Of a stretch of DNA of 64,000 bases, positions 1 to 10,163 are shown one piece after another (position 1 is the stretch's first letter; every line of letters starts with the position of its first letter). A model generated the notes under the pieces. It was given only the letters and a program-made list of their open reading frames with translations. It did no database searches and was not told where the DNA came from. Location: positions 3,695 to 67,694 of the forward strand of contig CAMFIF010000020.1 in the NCBI GenBank assembly GCA_945952415.1, given 5' to 3'. Both the position numbers and the translations under genes were made by a program. This DNA comes from an uncultured Rhizobium sp. (GTDB lineage: Bacteria > Pseudomonadota > Alphaproteobacteria > Rhizobiales > Rhizobiaceae).

Positions 1-982
1 CCGCCTGGCCGTCCTCGCCGAGCGCCAGAACCTCAGGATCGACGATCTTCAGGCAGACGGAGGTGTTGGAGCGGGTTGCTTCCACCTCGGCCAGATTGTC
101 GATCCAGCCATTGGCCGCGACGAAATCGTGGATCACCTGCGCATTGGCATCGGCCCGGGCGATCAGCGCCTTGAGGCCGCCGAGACCCTTGGCCCACTGC
201 AGCGCATCGATGTAATCCTCGACGCAAAGCATGGAGGGCGTGTTGATCGTCTCGCCTTCGAAAATGCCCTCGACGATCTTGCCGCCCTTGGTCAGGCGGA
301 AGATCTTCGGCATGGGCCAGGCGGGCGTGTAGCTTTCGAGCCGCTCCACCGCGCGCGGGCTGAGGATAAGCATGCCATGCGCGCCCTCGCCACCCAGCAC
401 CTTCTGCCAGGAGAAGGTGACGACATCGAGCTTGGCGAAGTCGAGTTCCTGCGCGAAGGCCGCGGAGGTGGCGTCGCAGATGGTCAGGCCCTTGCGGTCA
501 GCCGGGATGAAATCCGCATTCGGGACGCGTACGCCAGAGGTCGTGCCGTTCCAGGTGAAGACCACGTCACGGTCGAAATCGATCGTGGAAAGGTCGGGCA
601 GCTTGCCATAACCCGCCTTGATGGTGCGGACATCGGCAAGCTTCAGTTCCTTGGTGACGTCAGAGACCCAGCCCGAACCGAAGCTTTCCCAGGCGACCAT
701 GTCGACGCCGCGGGCGCCGAGCAGCGACCACATGGCCATCTCGACCGCGCCGGTATCGGAGGCGGGAACGATGGCGATGCGGTAATCGGCGGGAACTTCG
801 AGCACGTCGCGGGTGAGGTCGATGGCGAGCTTCAGCTTCGCCTTGCCGATCTTGGCGCGATGCGAGCGGCCGAGCGACGCATCGGCGAGCGCTGCAGGCG
901 TCCAATCGGGACGCTTGGCGCAGGGACCGGAGGAAAAACGGGGATTGGCCGGCGCAACAGCCGGACGGACGGTCGTCGTCAT
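1..982 (-). CDS. serC: phosphoserine aminotransferase (3' end cut by window edge)
   Basis: Not in ORF track because there is no stop in the window. My minus-strand translation from ATG (980-982) gives [27 protein letters not shown]...[19 protein letters not shown]...[28 protein letters not shown], the alphaproteobacterial SerC type. The listed + ORF 128..1006 is its antisense shadow. Confidence 0.88.
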   Translation of the reverse strand, partial: MTTTVRPAVAPANPRFSSGPCAKRPDWTPAALADASLGRSHRAKIGKAKLKLAIDLTRDVLEVPADYRIAIVPASDTGAVEMAMWSLLGARGVDMVAWESFGSGWVSDVTKELKLADVRTIKAGYGKLPDLSTIDFDRDVVFTWNGTTSGVRVPNADFIPADRKGLTICDATSAAFAQELDFAKLDVVTFSWQKVLGGEGAHGMLILSPRAVERLESYTPAWPMPKIFRLTKGGKIVEGIFEGETINTPSMLCVEDYIDALQWAKGLGGLKALIARADANAQVIHDFVAANGWIDNLAEVEATRSNTSVCLKIVDPEVLALGEDGQA

Positions 983-1067
983 ATATCTATCCTTCCAGAT
1001 AGTTAGCCTCTCGGTGGGGAGAGGTTGCCCGCCGCCGTGGATATAGAAGAGTGCCCGCTTCGTCAAG
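983..1067 (-). promoter_or_regulatory. serC promoter and 5' leader with two small hairpins (candidate serC leader motif)
   Basis: On the minus strand: CTTGAC (1062-1067), 15-nt spacer, CTATAT (1041-1046). Then hairpin CCTCTC-CCCACC-GAGAGG (1007-1024) and hairpin CTATC-TGGAAG-GATAG (987-1002), which places the GGAAGG Shine-Dalgarno in its loop just before the ATG. Confidence 0.3.
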
Positions 1068-1124
1068 ACGGAAGTCGCAGAAGGAAGGAAAAATGGCGCG
1101 GGCAAACTATCCGACCGTATAACG

Positions 1125-1156
1125 AAAACGCCGCCGGCAGGGGGCCGGCGGCGTTC
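1125..1156 (-). terminator. rho-independent terminator after porin gene 1181..2011
   Basis: 12-bp GC-rich stem AACGCCGCCGGC / GCCGGCGGCGTT, followed on the minus strand by TTTTCGTT. Confidence 0.7.
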
Positions 1157-1180
1157 GGGAGGCCAGGATGGACGATCCTG

Positions 1181-2011
1181 TTACCAGGTGGTGAGGCGCA
1201 GACCCGCGCGGAATTCGTGGCGGGAAAGCCCGTCGTCGCTGCCCTGCGGATCGGTAGCGCCCGCCGCCTTGCTGGCGGTGTTGAACTGGAACATGTCCCC
1301 GCCGTCGATGCGCGAATAGCGGTAGCCGAGATCGAGCTTCAGAGAGCTCGTGATGTCGTAGCTCATGCCCGCCATCAGCGCGTAGCTGAAGCGCCAGCTG
1401 TCCATGCCTTCGGAAACCGTGGCGGAATAGACATTGCCGGAGCAGTTGGCGCTGCCGTTCACGCAGAAGCCGTTATGGGTGATGTCGCTCCAGCTGACAT
1501 GGGTGAGACCCGCACCGCCGCCCACATAGGGCGTGAAGCCGGCCACAGTGCCCAGATCCACATAGGCGTTGGCAAGCAGGCTGATGCCCTGGAAATCTCC
1601 GGAATGGTTGAAGCCGCAGGCCGTGCCGATCGCCTCGCCGGTGGTGCAGCGGCTGTTGACCAGCGAGGAGCCGCTGAGGTCGGAGGAGAAGAAGTCCACC
1701 GTGGCATCGGCACGCAGCATGTCGTTCAGCTGATAGCCGACACCGGCGCCGTAGGACATGTGCTTGCCGAAGCGGGCGTCGTCGAATTCCACATTGGAGA
1801 AGGTCGGGCCGTTGCCGGTCACCAGATTGTAGCTGGGATTGCCGTTCGAGATCCAGCCGGAATAGCCGAGGTCGCCGCGCATGTACCAGCCCTGCCCCAC
1901 GCCGTCGATGGACGTTTCCGGCGCATAAACCTGCGGCGGAAGATCCATCGCGGCCGCGCCGCCGGTGAGGCCAACGGTCAGGAGAAGTGCAAATAGCGGA
2001 TGGCGAATCAT
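1181..2011 (-). CDS. outer-membrane beta-barrel protein, Omp25/Omp31/RopB family
   Basis: Signal peptide MIRHPLFALLLTVGLTGGAAA, then WYMRGDLGYS, GGGAGLTHV, FSYALMAGMSYD and C-terminal HEFRAGLRLTTW, typical of Rhizobiales Omp25/RopB porins. Confidence 0.9.
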   Translation of the reverse strand: MIRHPLFALLLTVGLTGGAAAMDLPPQVYAPETSIDGVGQGWYMRGDLGYSGWISNGNPSYNLVTGNGPTFSNVEFDDARFGKHMSYGAGVGYQLNDMLRADATVDFFSSDLSGSSLVNSRCTTGEAIGTACGFNHSGDFQGISLLANAYVDLGTVAGFTPYVGGGAGLTHVSWSDITHNGFCVNGSANCSGNVYSATVSEGMDSWRFSYALMAGMSYDITSSLKLDLGYRYSRIDGGDMFQFNTASKAAGATDPQGSDDGLSRHEFRAGLRLTTW

Positions 2012-2087
2012 CAGCCTAAATCCCTTTCGATCCGTGAGTGGTCACGGGCTTTGCTGCATCATGTTCTCCATTATTTAACCAAACCCG

Positions 2088-2102
2088 TTAAAACCCCGTT
2101 AA
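2088..2102. promoter_or_regulatory. perfect TTAA-N7-TTAA (CtrA-type) box upstream of porin gene 1
   Basis: TTAAAACCCCGTTAA read directly from the sequence, about 77-91 nt upstream of the ATG at 2011. Confidence 0.45.
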
Positions 2103-2168
2103 GCATGTTTTCAAATAGATGCAGATAACAACTCTTTCGCTCACGATCCTTATGCATCGCTTGAAACG

Positions 2169-2204
2169 CCAAGGGCCGCCCTGCGGGAACAGGGCGGCCC
2201 TTGG
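2169..2204 (-). terminator. hairpin terminator after porin gene 2226..3059
   Basis: 14-bp stem CCAAGGGCCGCCCT / AGGGCGGCCCTTGG with an 8-nt loop. The T-tract on the minus strand is weak (GTTTC). Confidence 0.5.
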
Positions 2205-2225
2205 CTTCGAAGTGATGGGCTGGTC

Positions 2226-3059
2226 TTATTTGTAGACCGGCGCGACCGGCACGTCGACCGGCGGCATGTAGGGCTGTTCGCAGCCGCTGAAGATATAGCG
2301 CAGACCCACGCGGCCTTCATGGGCATCGAAGCCCTTGTCATAGCCCGGGCCGCCATTGGCCTGATAGTTGAACATGCGGCCGCCTTCCACGTGGCGGTAG
2401 CGATAGCCCACATCGGCCTTGAGGTTGCAGGTCAGGTCGACGGAGGCGCCGGCCATCAGCGCATAGGTAAAGCGCCAGTTGCCCTCGCCGCCATGGGTCT
2501 GGGTCGGGTCGCAATTGCCCGGGTTGGCATCGGAGCAGGAGGTGTTGCTGAGATCGCCCCACTTCACATAGGTACCACCGAGACCACCGCCCACATAGGG
2601 GGTGATGGAACCATAGGTGCCGAGATCCACATAGGCGTTTGCCAACAGGCTCAGCGCATTCATCGAGGCAATGTCGGTGGAGGTGCAGGCGCCGGCGACG
2701 CCGCACGAGCCGCGGGTAGAGCCGTCGAAATCGCCCTTGAACATGTAGTCCAGCGTCACGTCGGTGCGCAGGTAGTTGTTTACCTGGTAGCCCACACCGC
2801 CGCCAAGCGTGAAGGAATTGCGCAGGCCGGACGTGGTAAAATCGCTTTCCGTGTCATTGGAGCCCTGGAAGAACCAGGCGCCGCGCGAGCGGTTGAAGCT
2901 GTAGCCCGCATCGCCGCGCAGGTACCAGCCGCTGGCCTGCTCCACGATGACCGGCTGCGGCGCAACCGGAATGGGTTCGCTCGGCTGATAGAGATCGGCC
3001 GCGAACGCGGCACCATTGGCGGCCAGAAGCGCAACTGCGCCCAACAGGAAGTGTTTCAT
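2226..3059 (-). CDS. outer-membrane beta-barrel protein, Omp25/Omp31/RopB family (paralog)
   Basis: Signal peptide MKHFLLGAVALLAANGAAFA, then WYLRGDAGYSF, GGGLGGTYV, FTYALMAGASVD and HEGRVGLRY. It is a paralog of 1181..2011 with an extra Pro-rich C-terminal tail. Confidence 0.9.
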   Translation of the reverse strand: MKHFLLGAVALLAANGAAFAADLYQPSEPIPVAPQPVIVEQASGWYLRGDAGYSFNRSRGAWFFQGSNDTESDFTTSGLRNSFTLGGGVGYQVNNYLRTDVTLDYMFKGDFDGSTRGSCGVAGACTSTDIASMNALSLLANAYVDLGTYGSITPYVGGGLGGTYVKWGDLSNTSCSDANPGNCDPTQTHGGEGNWRFTYALMAGASVDLTCNLKADVGYRYRHVEGGRMFNYQANGGPGYDKGFDAHEGRVGLRYIFSGCEQPYMPPVDVPVAPVYK

Positions 3060-3144
3060 GACTTTATCTCCAAAGTCTCAGTTGTCAGGCCGGGCGAGAG
3101 GCCAGCCAATTCCACGGACTGGACTGGAAAATAAAGTGGAAAGG

Positions 3145-3160
3145 TTAAGTAGCGATTAAC
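3145..3160. promoter_or_regulatory. perfect TTAA-N7-TTAAC (CtrA-type) box upstream of porin gene 2
   Basis: TTAAGTAGCGATTAAC, 86-101 nt upstream of the ATG at 3059, inside a 320-nt AT-rich divergent intergenic region. Confidence 0.45.
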
Positions 3161-3380
3161 CACGCTTGTTCACCCTGTTCGCTAAGGTTGTTTTTACCCT
3201 AAGCTCAATCGGGCTGACAAACCGAACAGTAATTTCCCCACTACATATATTTAAAAGTATAAATGTTAAAAATTCGAAGGAAATTTTCAGAGACCGACAA
3301 ATACCGCAGCGTATAAGCGGGAAAGCGGAAAATTCAGATTTTTTATTCTCAGACAGATTACGGAAAGCCGGTATATTTCC

Positions 3381-3980
3381 ATGAGAATTTACGTGGCCGC
3401 CGCCTTGGGCGTGGTTTCGTTCGTGGTTCTGTTACTGATCGAGTACAGAGATACCACCCGGGCAACCCTCCTCAGAAGCAGGGGCACGGAAACGCAGGCT
3501 CGTATTCTGGTTGCGGAAATCGAACCCCCGGCACTTCTCGATTATCCAGCGCCCGCAACGATGGATATACTTTATGCCTTCCAGCCACCGGGCATGGAGG
3601 TAATGGTCGGGTACGGCTCCATTCCGCTGAAAGGCGACGAGGACGAGGCCCGGCTCAGGAACCGCTACCACGAAGGTGCCCCGCTTGCGATCCGCTATCT
3701 GGCAGAGGACGTGGACACCAGTTTGCCTGTCGACGGACTGGATGACAATGCGAGGTTCAGTTGGGACGGTCTGTGGCTCGATTTTGCCGCGGTGCTTCTG
3801 GTCTTGATCGTCGCCATCGGCAGGGAGATCCGGCACAGGCGCATGAACCGATGGCCACCTGTTGGCATGGCACCCGGCTCTGCCGGCGCGAGATCGCGCG
3901 CTGGCGGCCAGCGATCACAGGATGCACAAGACCAAAGGACAAGCGGCCCGCAAAAAGCCCGCTTCGGCAAACGCTGCTAG
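3381..3980 (+). CDS. hypothetical membrane protein (TM - soluble domain - TM, DUF3592-like layout)
   Basis: ATG start. N-terminal TM segment AAALGVVSFVVLLLI, second TM WLDFAAVLLVLIVAIG, and a basic low-complexity tail. The family call rests on topology only. Confidence 0.5.
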   Translation: MRIYVAAALGVVSFVVLLLIEYRDTTRATLLRSRGTETQARILVAEIEPPALLDYPAPATMDILYAFQPPGMEVMVGYGSIPLKGDEDEARLRNRYHEGAPLAIRYLAEDVDTSLPVDGLDDNARFSWDGLWLDFAAVLLVLIVAIGREIRHRRMNRWPPVGMAPGSAGARSRAGGQRSQDAQDQRTSGPQKARFGKRC

Positions 3981-4037
3981 AAGAACCCGGGACGGCCAGC
4001 CTTCCGGTGACGGCACCACCCCGGGTTCCGGATGCCG

Positions 4038-5390
4038 TCAGGCGGCGTTCGGCACGGCGGCGATCACACCGATAAGATCGTTGACGATCCGCTCGATCTG
4101 CCCGCGGTCGTCGCCCTCGGCCATGACGCGGATCAGCGGCTCGGTGCCCGAGGGACGGATGACGAGGCGGCCGCGATTGGCAAGCTCGCTCTCCGCATCG
4201 CTGATTGCCTGCTTGACGGTCTTGTCCTCCAGCGGCTTGCCGCCGGAAAAGCGCACATTGCGCAGGAGCTGCGGAACCGGCTCGAAGCGGCGGCAGACCT
4301 CGCTGACGGGCTTGCCCGAGCGCTTCACGCAGGCAAGAATCTGCAGTGCGGCAACGAGGCCGTCGCCGGTCGTGCCATAGTCGGAGAGCACGATATGGCC
4401 GGATTGTTCGCCGCCCACGTTGAAATTATTGCGGCGCATATGCTCCACCACATAGCGGTCGCCCACGGCGGTGCGCGCCAGCGCCAGCCCCTTGCCGGTG
4501 AGAAAGCGCTCGAGGCCCAGATTGGACATGACGGTGGCCACGATGCCGCCGCCGCGCAGCAGATTGTCGTCGGCCCAGCTTTCGGCCACCACGGCCATCA
4601 GCTGGTCGCCATCGATGATCGCGCCATTCTCGTCGACGATGATCACCCGGTCCGCATCGCCGTCCAGCGCAATGCCGATATCGGCCCGCACTTCATGAAC
4701 CTTCTTCTGCAGTGCCTCGGGATGGGTGGAACCACAGCCCTTGTTGATGTTCGTGCCGTTCGGATCGGCCCCAATCGTCACCACGTCGGCGCCCAGTTCC
4801 CAGAGCACGGCGGGCGCCACCTTGTAGGCGGCGCCATTGGCGCAATCGATGGCAACACGCAGGCCCTGGAGCGTTACATCGCGCGGCAGCGTGCGCTTGG
4901 CAAATTCGATATAGCGGTCATGCACGCCGTCGATGCGCTTGGCCCGGCCGATATCGTCGGAGGCCGCGAGCTGCGAACCAATATCCTGTTCGATCAGGTC
5001 CTCGATCTGCATTTCGATGGCATCGGAAAGCTTGTAGCCATCGGGGCCGAAGAGCTTGATGCCATTATCCTCATAGGGATTGTGGGAGGCGGAGATCATC
5101 ACCCCGATATCGCAGCGCAGCGAGCGCGTGAGCATGGCAACCGCGGGTGTGGGAATGGGACCGAGAACGAAGGCATCCACGCCCGCCGCCGTGAAGCCGG
5201 CCACCATGGCATTTTCCAGCATGTAACCGGACAGGCGCGTATCCTTGCCGATCACGACACGGTGGCGATGGCTGCCACGGCGAAAGATCGTCCCGGCGGC
5301 AATGCCGACCCGCATGGCGAGCTCGGGCGTCATGGGATGGGTATTCGCCTTGCCACGAATCCCGTCGGTTCCAAAATAGCGGCGCTTCAT
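4038..5390 (-). CDS. glmM: phosphoglucosamine mutase
   Basis: [23 protein letters not shown] and the active-site motif [15 protein letters not shown] prefer the internal ATG at 5390, which gives 450 aa, over the ORF-track start at 5453. Confidence 0.93.
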   Translation of the reverse strand: MKRRYFGTDGIRGKANTHPMTPELAMRVGIAAGTIFRRGSHRHRVVIGKDTRLSGYMLENAMVAGFTAAGVDAFVLGPIPTPAVAMLTRSLRCDIGVMISASHNPYEDNGIKLFGPDGYKLSDAIEMQIEDLIEQDIGSQLAASDDIGRAKRIDGVHDRYIEFAKRTLPRDVTLQGLRVAIDCANGAAYKVAPAVLWELGADVVTIGADPNGTNINKGCGSTHPEALQKKVHEVRADIGIALDGDADRVIIVDENGAIIDGDQLMAVVAESWADDNLLRGGGIVATVMSNLGLERFLTGKGLALARTAVGDRYVVEHMRRNNFNVGGEQSGHIVLSDYGTTGDGLVAALQILACVKRSGKPVSEVCRRFEPVPQLLRNVRFSGGKPLEDKTVKQAISDAESELANRGRLVIRPSGTEPLIRVMAEGDDRGQIERIVNDLIGVIAAVPNAA

Positions 5391-5577
5391 GGGTACTCCC
5401 GTCTTCCGGGCCGGCTGTAACCGGCCATGTTCAGGATTGCTGACGAGCAGCAACTCCCGGCAGTGTCTTGAGGGCCAAAGGCCCGTTCATTGCGCTCATG
5501 CCACAACTGCTGCGCTTCGGCACGTAAAAAAACATATAAATCTATTACAATACGTTATGCGGCAGCGTCTTTTTAAA

Positions 5578-5606
5578 ACGGAAAAACCCGGCCGGAGCCG
5601 GGTTTT
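5578..5606 (-). terminator. rho-independent terminator after ftsH
   Basis: Stem AACCCGGC / GCCGGGTT with loop CGGA, followed on the minus strand by TTTTTCCGTTTT. Confidence 0.7.
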
Positions 5607-5632
5607 CTGGACTTTGCGGAAAAGAGGCCGCC

Positions 5633-7573
5633 TCAGCGCGGTTGCGGTTCGTAGCCCTCGGGCTCCTCGCCGCTCGCCTTCGGCGTGCCGTCGCTCTTGC
5701 TGCCGGCCTTCGGCACGGCGGACGAGCGCTGCTGCACGCCTTCGTCGCCCTGATCGCGGTTCGGCTTCTCGCCGCGCATCAGCGCGCGGATTTCTTCGCC
5801 GGACAGCGTTTCATATTCCAGGAGGCCCTCGGCGATCGCCACGAACTCATCATGCTTTTCGGTGATGATCCGGCGGGCGGTCTCATAGGCTTCATTGATC
5901 AGCCGGTGGACTTCCTTGTCGATCTTCTGGGCAGTCGATTCCGAGACATTCTTGGTCTGGGCGACGGAGTGCCCGAGGAAGACCTCCTGCTGATTTTCGC
6001 CATAGGCGACCTGGCCGAGCTCGTCGGAGAAGCCCCACTGGGTCACCATCGCACGGGCAAGCTTTGTCGCCTGCTCGATGTCGGAGGAAGCGCCCGAGGT
6101 GATGTTCTCCTTGCCGAAAGTGATCTCTTCGGCCACACGCCCGCCCATCATGATGGCAAGACGCGAGACCATCCACTTGTAGCTCATCGAGTAGCGGTCG
6201 CCCTCGGGAAGCTGCATGACCATGCCAAGCGCGCGGCCGCGGGGAATGATGGTTGCCTTGTGCAGCGGATCGGCCACGGGGACGTTGAGCGCAAGGATGG
6301 CATGGCCGGCCTCATGATAGGCAGTCAGCTTCTTTTCGGCCTCGGTCATGGCGGAGGAGCGGCGCTCCGCGCCCATCATGATCTTGTCCTTGGCGTCCTC
6401 GAATTCCTGCATGGTGACCATGCGCTTGTTGCGCCGGGCAGCCATGAGGGCAGCTTCGTTGACGAGGTTCATGAGATCGGCACCGGAGAAACCGGGCGTA
6501 CCGCGGGCCAGCACCTTGAGGTCCACGTTCGGCGCACGCGGAACGTTGCGGACATGGACCTTCAGGATGCGCTCGCGGCCGACGATGTCGGGGTTCGGCA
6601 CCACGACCTGACGGTCGAAGCGGCCCGGACGCATCAGCGCGGGATCGAGCACGTCGGGGCGGTTGGTCGCGGCAATCAGGATGATGCCCTCATTCGCCTC
6701 GAAGCCGTCCATCTCCACGAGAAGCTGGTTCAGCGTCTGCTCGCGCTCGTCATTGCCGCCGCCGAGACCGGCGCCACGATGACGGCCGACCGCATCGATT
6801 TCGTCGATGAAGATGATGCAGGGCGCGTTCTTCTTGGCCTGTTCGAACATGTCGCGGACGCGGGAAGCACCCACGCCGACGAACATTTCCACGAAGTCGG
6901 AACCGGAAATGGTGAAGAAGGGCACGTTCGCCTCACCCGCGACGGAACGGGCAAGCAGCGTCTTGCCGGTGCCGGGCGGGCCGACGAGCAGCACGCCGCG
7001 CGGAATGCGGCCGCCAAGGCGCTGGAACTTCTGCGGATCGCGCAGGAATTCGACGATTTCTTCGAGATCCTGCTTGGCTTCATCGACGCCCGCCACATCC
7101 TCGAAGGTCACGCGGCCATGCGCTTCCGTCAGAAGCTTGGCCTTCGACTTGCCGAAGCCCATGGCGCCGCGCGATCCGCCCTGCATCTGGCGCATGAAGA
7201 ACAGCCAGACACCAAGGATCAGGAGCATCGGCAGCAGCGTGCCGAGATAGGAGAGGAAGCCGGACGAACCATCCGTTTCCGGACGCGCTGCAATGGTGAC
7301 GTTCTTCGTCTGCAGCTGCTTCATCAGGTTATCGTCGATGACGGGCGCATAGGTGGAGAAGGCGGTGCCATTTTCCACATAGGTGCCGATGACCCGGTTT
7401 CCGGTGACCATCACGTCGCGAACCCGCCCGGCATCCACCTCGCGCAGGAACTGCGAATAGGGAATGTCGCGGGACCCGGATTGCGCCGGCGCGGACTGGA
7501 ACATGCTGAACAAGGCGATCAACAGCAGGGCGATGATCGCCCACAGGGCCAAGTTGCGAAAGTTTGGGTTCAT
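5633..7573 (-). CDS. ftsH: ATP-dependent zinc metalloprotease FtsH
   Basis: [22 protein letters not shown], Walker A GPPGTGKT, Walker [10 protein letters not shown] and zinc motif HEAGHA. True start is the ATG at 7571-7573, giving 646 aa. The 818-aa track ORF carries a spurious N-terminal extension. Confidence 0.95.
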   Translation of the reverse strand: MNPNFRNLALWAIIALLLIALFSMFQSAPAQSGSRDIPYSQFLREVDAGRVRDVMVTGNRVIGTYVENGTAFSTYAPVIDDNLMKQLQTKNVTIAARPETDGSSGFLSYLGTLLPMLLILGVWLFFMRQMQGGSRGAMGFGKSKAKLLTEAHGRVTFEDVAGVDEAKQDLEEIVEFLRDPQKFQRLGGRIPRGVLLVGPPGTGKTLLARSVAGEANVPFFTISGSDFVEMFVGVGASRVRDMFEQAKKNAPCIIFIDEIDAVGRHRGAGLGGGNDEREQTLNQLLVEMDGFEANEGIILIAATNRPDVLDPALMRPGRFDRQVVVPNPDIVGRERILKVHVRNVPRAPNVDLKVLARGTPGFSGADLMNLVNEAALMAARRNKRMVTMQEFEDAKDKIMMGAERRSSAMTEAEKKLTAYHEAGHAILALNVPVADPLHKATIIPRGRALGMVMQLPEGDRYSMSYKWMVSRLAIMMGGRVAEEITFGKENITSGASSDIEQATKLARAMVTQWGFSDELGQVAYGENQQEVFLGHSVAQTKNVSESTAQKIDKEVHRLINEAYETARRIITEKHDEFVAIAEGLLEYETLSGEEIRALMRGEKPNRDQGDEGVQQRSSAVPKAGSKSDGTPKASGEEPEGYEPQPR

Positions 7574-7763
7574 AGAACTCCCCGAAACAATAACCGCCCT
7601 ACGCCGGGCGGACTGAATATGATGTCTAACATAGGGATGCCGAAGGGAAATGCCAAGGCGAGGCTTCCGAGAGGCCCGGCTTTTTGCCCTCCGGCGTCGA
7701 GGGCGTGGATCAGATCTCCCTTGTAGCCAGCAATGCGTAAATTTTGCGATGCACTGCCGATAC

Positions 7764-9083
7764 CTATTGCCGCACCGGCAGCGGCGGCAGCGGAGGAAGA
7801 CGGAAGGCGGAACGAAGCGCTTCGGCAAAGGGAAGGTCGAAGCCGGGCAGGAAGCCCGCCTGTGCGGCCACCACCCGCCTGAGGAACATGCCTTCAGAAG
7901 GCCCGGACAGGGTGAAAAGCGCGGGAGCCGCGCGACGGGCGATTGCCGGAGGCACGCCCTCGCCCTCAAGCAGGGCCTTCGCCCCGTCGCTGTCCTCGAC
8001 GGGGATAACGAGACCCTCGCCATCTTCCGGCCCCTCCAGGCGGTAGCGGCCGTCATGCAGGCTCCCGACAGGCACCCGGGCGGCGGCAAGGCCGCGCTTC
8101 TCGCGATAGAGATAGAGCCCCTCGCGGCGGCGGTCGAACACCGTGCCCCCGAGCGTCAGTCGCCCCGGCTGACCCTCCGCGAGAAACGCATCGAGCCGTT
8201 CCCGCTCGGACCGGCCCGGCAGATGCACCTTTCCGCCGATGGCCGCCGCCAGGCGAAACAGCGCCAGCGCCGCGCCGGCCCGTGCGGCGGGAGAAAGCCC
8301 CTCCCCCTCGATAAAGGCGACGGCACCGCCCATGACGCGACCATGGCGCTTCAGCCATTCAGCCTCCCGCACCGAAATGCCCAGGCGTTCTTCCGGGCTG
8401 AGCGCTGGCGCAGAACCAGTCTCCCCGGCAAGGCGAAGGCGCGCCCGCTCGAAGCGTGGATTGGCATTGCTGGGATCGTCCATATAGACCTCCCCCCAGC
8501 GGTCGAGTTGATCGCGAAGAGTTTGCCGCGACAGGCAGAGAAAGGGGCGGAGCGCCCAGATCGTCTCGTGAAGCAGCACGGCGGGCGCCATGCCGGCAAG
8601 CCCCGGCCCCTCCCCACGCCCGGCCCGCATGGCAATCGTCTCCTTCTGGTCGTCTGCCGTATGGCCGACAAGGATCGCACGGGCACCCAGGCGCTTGGCT
8701 TCCGCGGTCAGGAGCCGGTAACGCTCCAGACGGGCCGCCGCCTGCAGGCCGGACGAGGGCTTTGCGCCCTCCCAGCGGAGAATTCGATGGGGAATGCCGA
8801 GCCGGGCGCAGGTTTCGCCGGCAATCCGGGCCTCTTCAGACGAGCCCGAGCGAAGGCCGTGATCGATCGTGGCGGCCGCAAGATTGAACCGGCGAAAGGC
8901 CGGTGTTCGGCAGAGGCGGTCAAAAACATGAAGAAGAGCGGAGGAATCGCTGCCACCCGAAAGGGCGACCAGCAGCGGGCCATCCGCGATAAAGGACTTA
9001 AGGAAATCGGCCCCCCGTTCGAGGACCTCGTTTGCATGCGGCAATGCGGATGGGGAGATCTCCCCTTGCGCGCCGGCGGCCAT
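7764..9083 (-). CDS. tilS: tRNA(Ile)-lysidine synthetase
   Basis: PP-loop motif [14 protein letters not shown]. The ATG at 9083 sits 1 nt after the cpoB stop. The track start at 9116 is a TTG that overlaps cpoB. Confidence 0.85.
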   Translation of the reverse strand: MAAGAQGEISPSALPHANEVLERGADFLKSFIADGPLLVALSGGSDSSALLHVFDRLCRTPAFRRFNLAAATIDHGLRSGSSEEARIAGETCARLGIPHRILRWEGAKPSSGLQAAARLERYRLLTAEAKRLGARAILVGHTADDQKETIAMRAGRGEGPGLAGMAPAVLLHETIWALRPFLCLSRQTLRDQLDRWGEVYMDDPSNANPRFERARLRLAGETGSAPALSPEERLGISVREAEWLKRHGRVMGGAVAFIEGEGLSPAARAGAALALFRLAAAIGGKVHLPGRSERERLDAFLAEGQPGRLTLGGTVFDRRREGLYLYREKRGLAAARVPVGSLHDGRYRLEGPEDGEGLVIPVEDSDGAKALLEGEGVPPAIARRAAPALFTLSGPSEGMFLRRVVAAQAGFLPGFDLPFAEALRSAFRLPPLPPLPVRQ

Positions 9084-9084
9084 A

Positions 9085-9975
9085 TCAGCAGCCGAGGCGC
9101 TTTTCTTCGCTGGCAACCTTGTTGATCACGGTGCGGGATGCCTTGGGATAGCGCTTCGTCACTTCGCGATAGGTGGCGCAGGCGGTCTCGTTATTGTCGA
9201 GAGCGGCAAGGGACATGCCGAGCTTCAGAAGCATTTCCGGCGCCTTGGGCGACTTGCCATAGGTCTGGTGCGCCTTGAGGAAGGTCTTGGCGGCCTCGTT
9301 ATACTTGCCCTGCGAATAATAGGCTTCGCCCAGCCAGAAATTGGCATCAGCAATCTTCTTGCCCTGCGGATAGGCGGCGATATAGGAGCGGAACTCCTGC
9401 TCGGCCATGCTGTAATCGCCGGAAAGCACATGGCTGTAGGCGATCTGGTAGCTGTCGCTCTCGCTGCCGCCGGAAGTGCCGGTGGAAGCACTGGCGGTCG
9501 AGGTGGCATTGCCGCCATTGGCTGCGCCCGGATCGATGGTGGCCTTCACCGGATTGCCGTTCTCATCCATCTGGATGGCCCCGAGCTGGCCGACGCCTGG
9601 CACGCCGCCCTGATCGGCCGGCTGCTCGATGATCTTGGCCACGTCGTCGCCCCCGGAGGACCCGGCTGTCGCCGGATCCGTCGCCGCAGTCGCCGTGGCG
9701 GCGCCCGAGGCGCCGGCCGGCTTTTCAAGGGCGCCGCTCTTCTTCGAGCCACCCTTTTCCAGTTCCTGGAAGCGGAATTCGTTGTCTTCCTGCGCCTTGC
9801 GCAGCTGCTCCTGCATCTGGAGAAGCTGGAAGCTCATCTCCTCGATGCGGCCATTGAGCTGCCGGACCTGCTCTTCCAGCTGCTGCACCTCCGGATCGGC
9901 GCTCTGTGCGAATGCCGGCTGGATGCCCGCCAGCAGGCCGACACCGAGCACGCCTGCCATCAATAATCTCTTCAT
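9085..9975 (-). CDS. cpoB: Tol-Pal system protein CpoB/YbgF
   Basis: Signal peptide, N-terminal coiled coil (QQLEEQVRQLNGRIEEMSFQLLQMQEQLRK), a low-complexity linker and C-terminal TPR repeats. It sits directly downstream of pal. Confidence 0.88.
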   Translation of the reverse strand: MKRLLMAGVLGVGLLAGIQPAFAQSADPEVQQLEEQVRQLNGRIEEMSFQLLQMQEQLRKAQEDNEFRFQELEKGGSKKSGALEKPAGASGAATATAATDPATAGSSGGDDVAKIIEQPADQGGVPGVGQLGAIQMDENGNPVKATIDPGAANGGNATSTASASTGTSGGSESDSYQIAYSHVLSGDYSMAEQEFRSYIAAYPQGKKIADANFWLGEAYYSQGKYNEAAKTFLKAHQTYGKSPKAPEMLLKLGMSLAALDNNETACATYREVTKRYPKASRTVINKVASEEKRLGC

Positions 9976-10102
9976 GTCCCTTTCCCTCGTAAACCCATGC
10001 CCTGAATGGCATGAAGCCCGCTCTTTGCCAATATGGGTGCCGGCGCCGCGGCCCGCGAGGGCTGCCTAGACGTTCCGTGGCAGGCAATCCCGGCCAAACT
10101 AT

Positions 10103-10133
10103 GAAAAAGGGCGGCCCTCAAGGAGCCGCCCTT
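10103..10133 (-). terminator. rho-independent terminator after pal
   Basis: Stem AAGGGCGGC / GCCGCCCTT, followed on the minus strand by TTTTT. Confidence 0.65.
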
Positions 10134-10163
10134 CAGATATGCCCCATCCCGGAACGGGTGGGA

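Noticed and set aside
128-1006. 292-aa + strand ORF at the left edge.
   Set aside because: The opposite strand translates into an unambiguous phosphoserine aminotransferase that runs off the window. The + ORF is its shadow.
3166-3384. 72-aa ORF in the AT-rich gap between porin gene 2 and the DUF3592-like gene.
   Set aside because: It lies in a promoter-like AT-rich divergent region. The composition is Phe/Ile/Lys/Ser-rich, as expected from AT bias. There is no Shine-Dalgarno, and it runs into the start of the next gene.
5642-7726. 694-aa + ORF opposite ftsH. Similar long shadows lie opposite gap (25168..26409), tkt (26379..28376), the MCP (21173..22831), purK (51159..52475), DUF882 (57763..59781) and pepF (61536..63461).
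   Set aside because: In each case the other strand carries canonical catalytic motifs (Walker boxes, [14 protein letters not shown], the MCP signalling hairpin, HELGH). The shadow ORFs have no motifs and a biased composition.
7574-8089. 172-aa N-terminal extension of the ftsH ORF, and similar extensions on glmM, pgk, gap, tolQ, suhB, rpmE and pepF.
   Set aside because: The conserved N-termini of these families begin at internal ATGs. The extensions overlap upstream genes or intergenic terminators and have non-protein-like composition.
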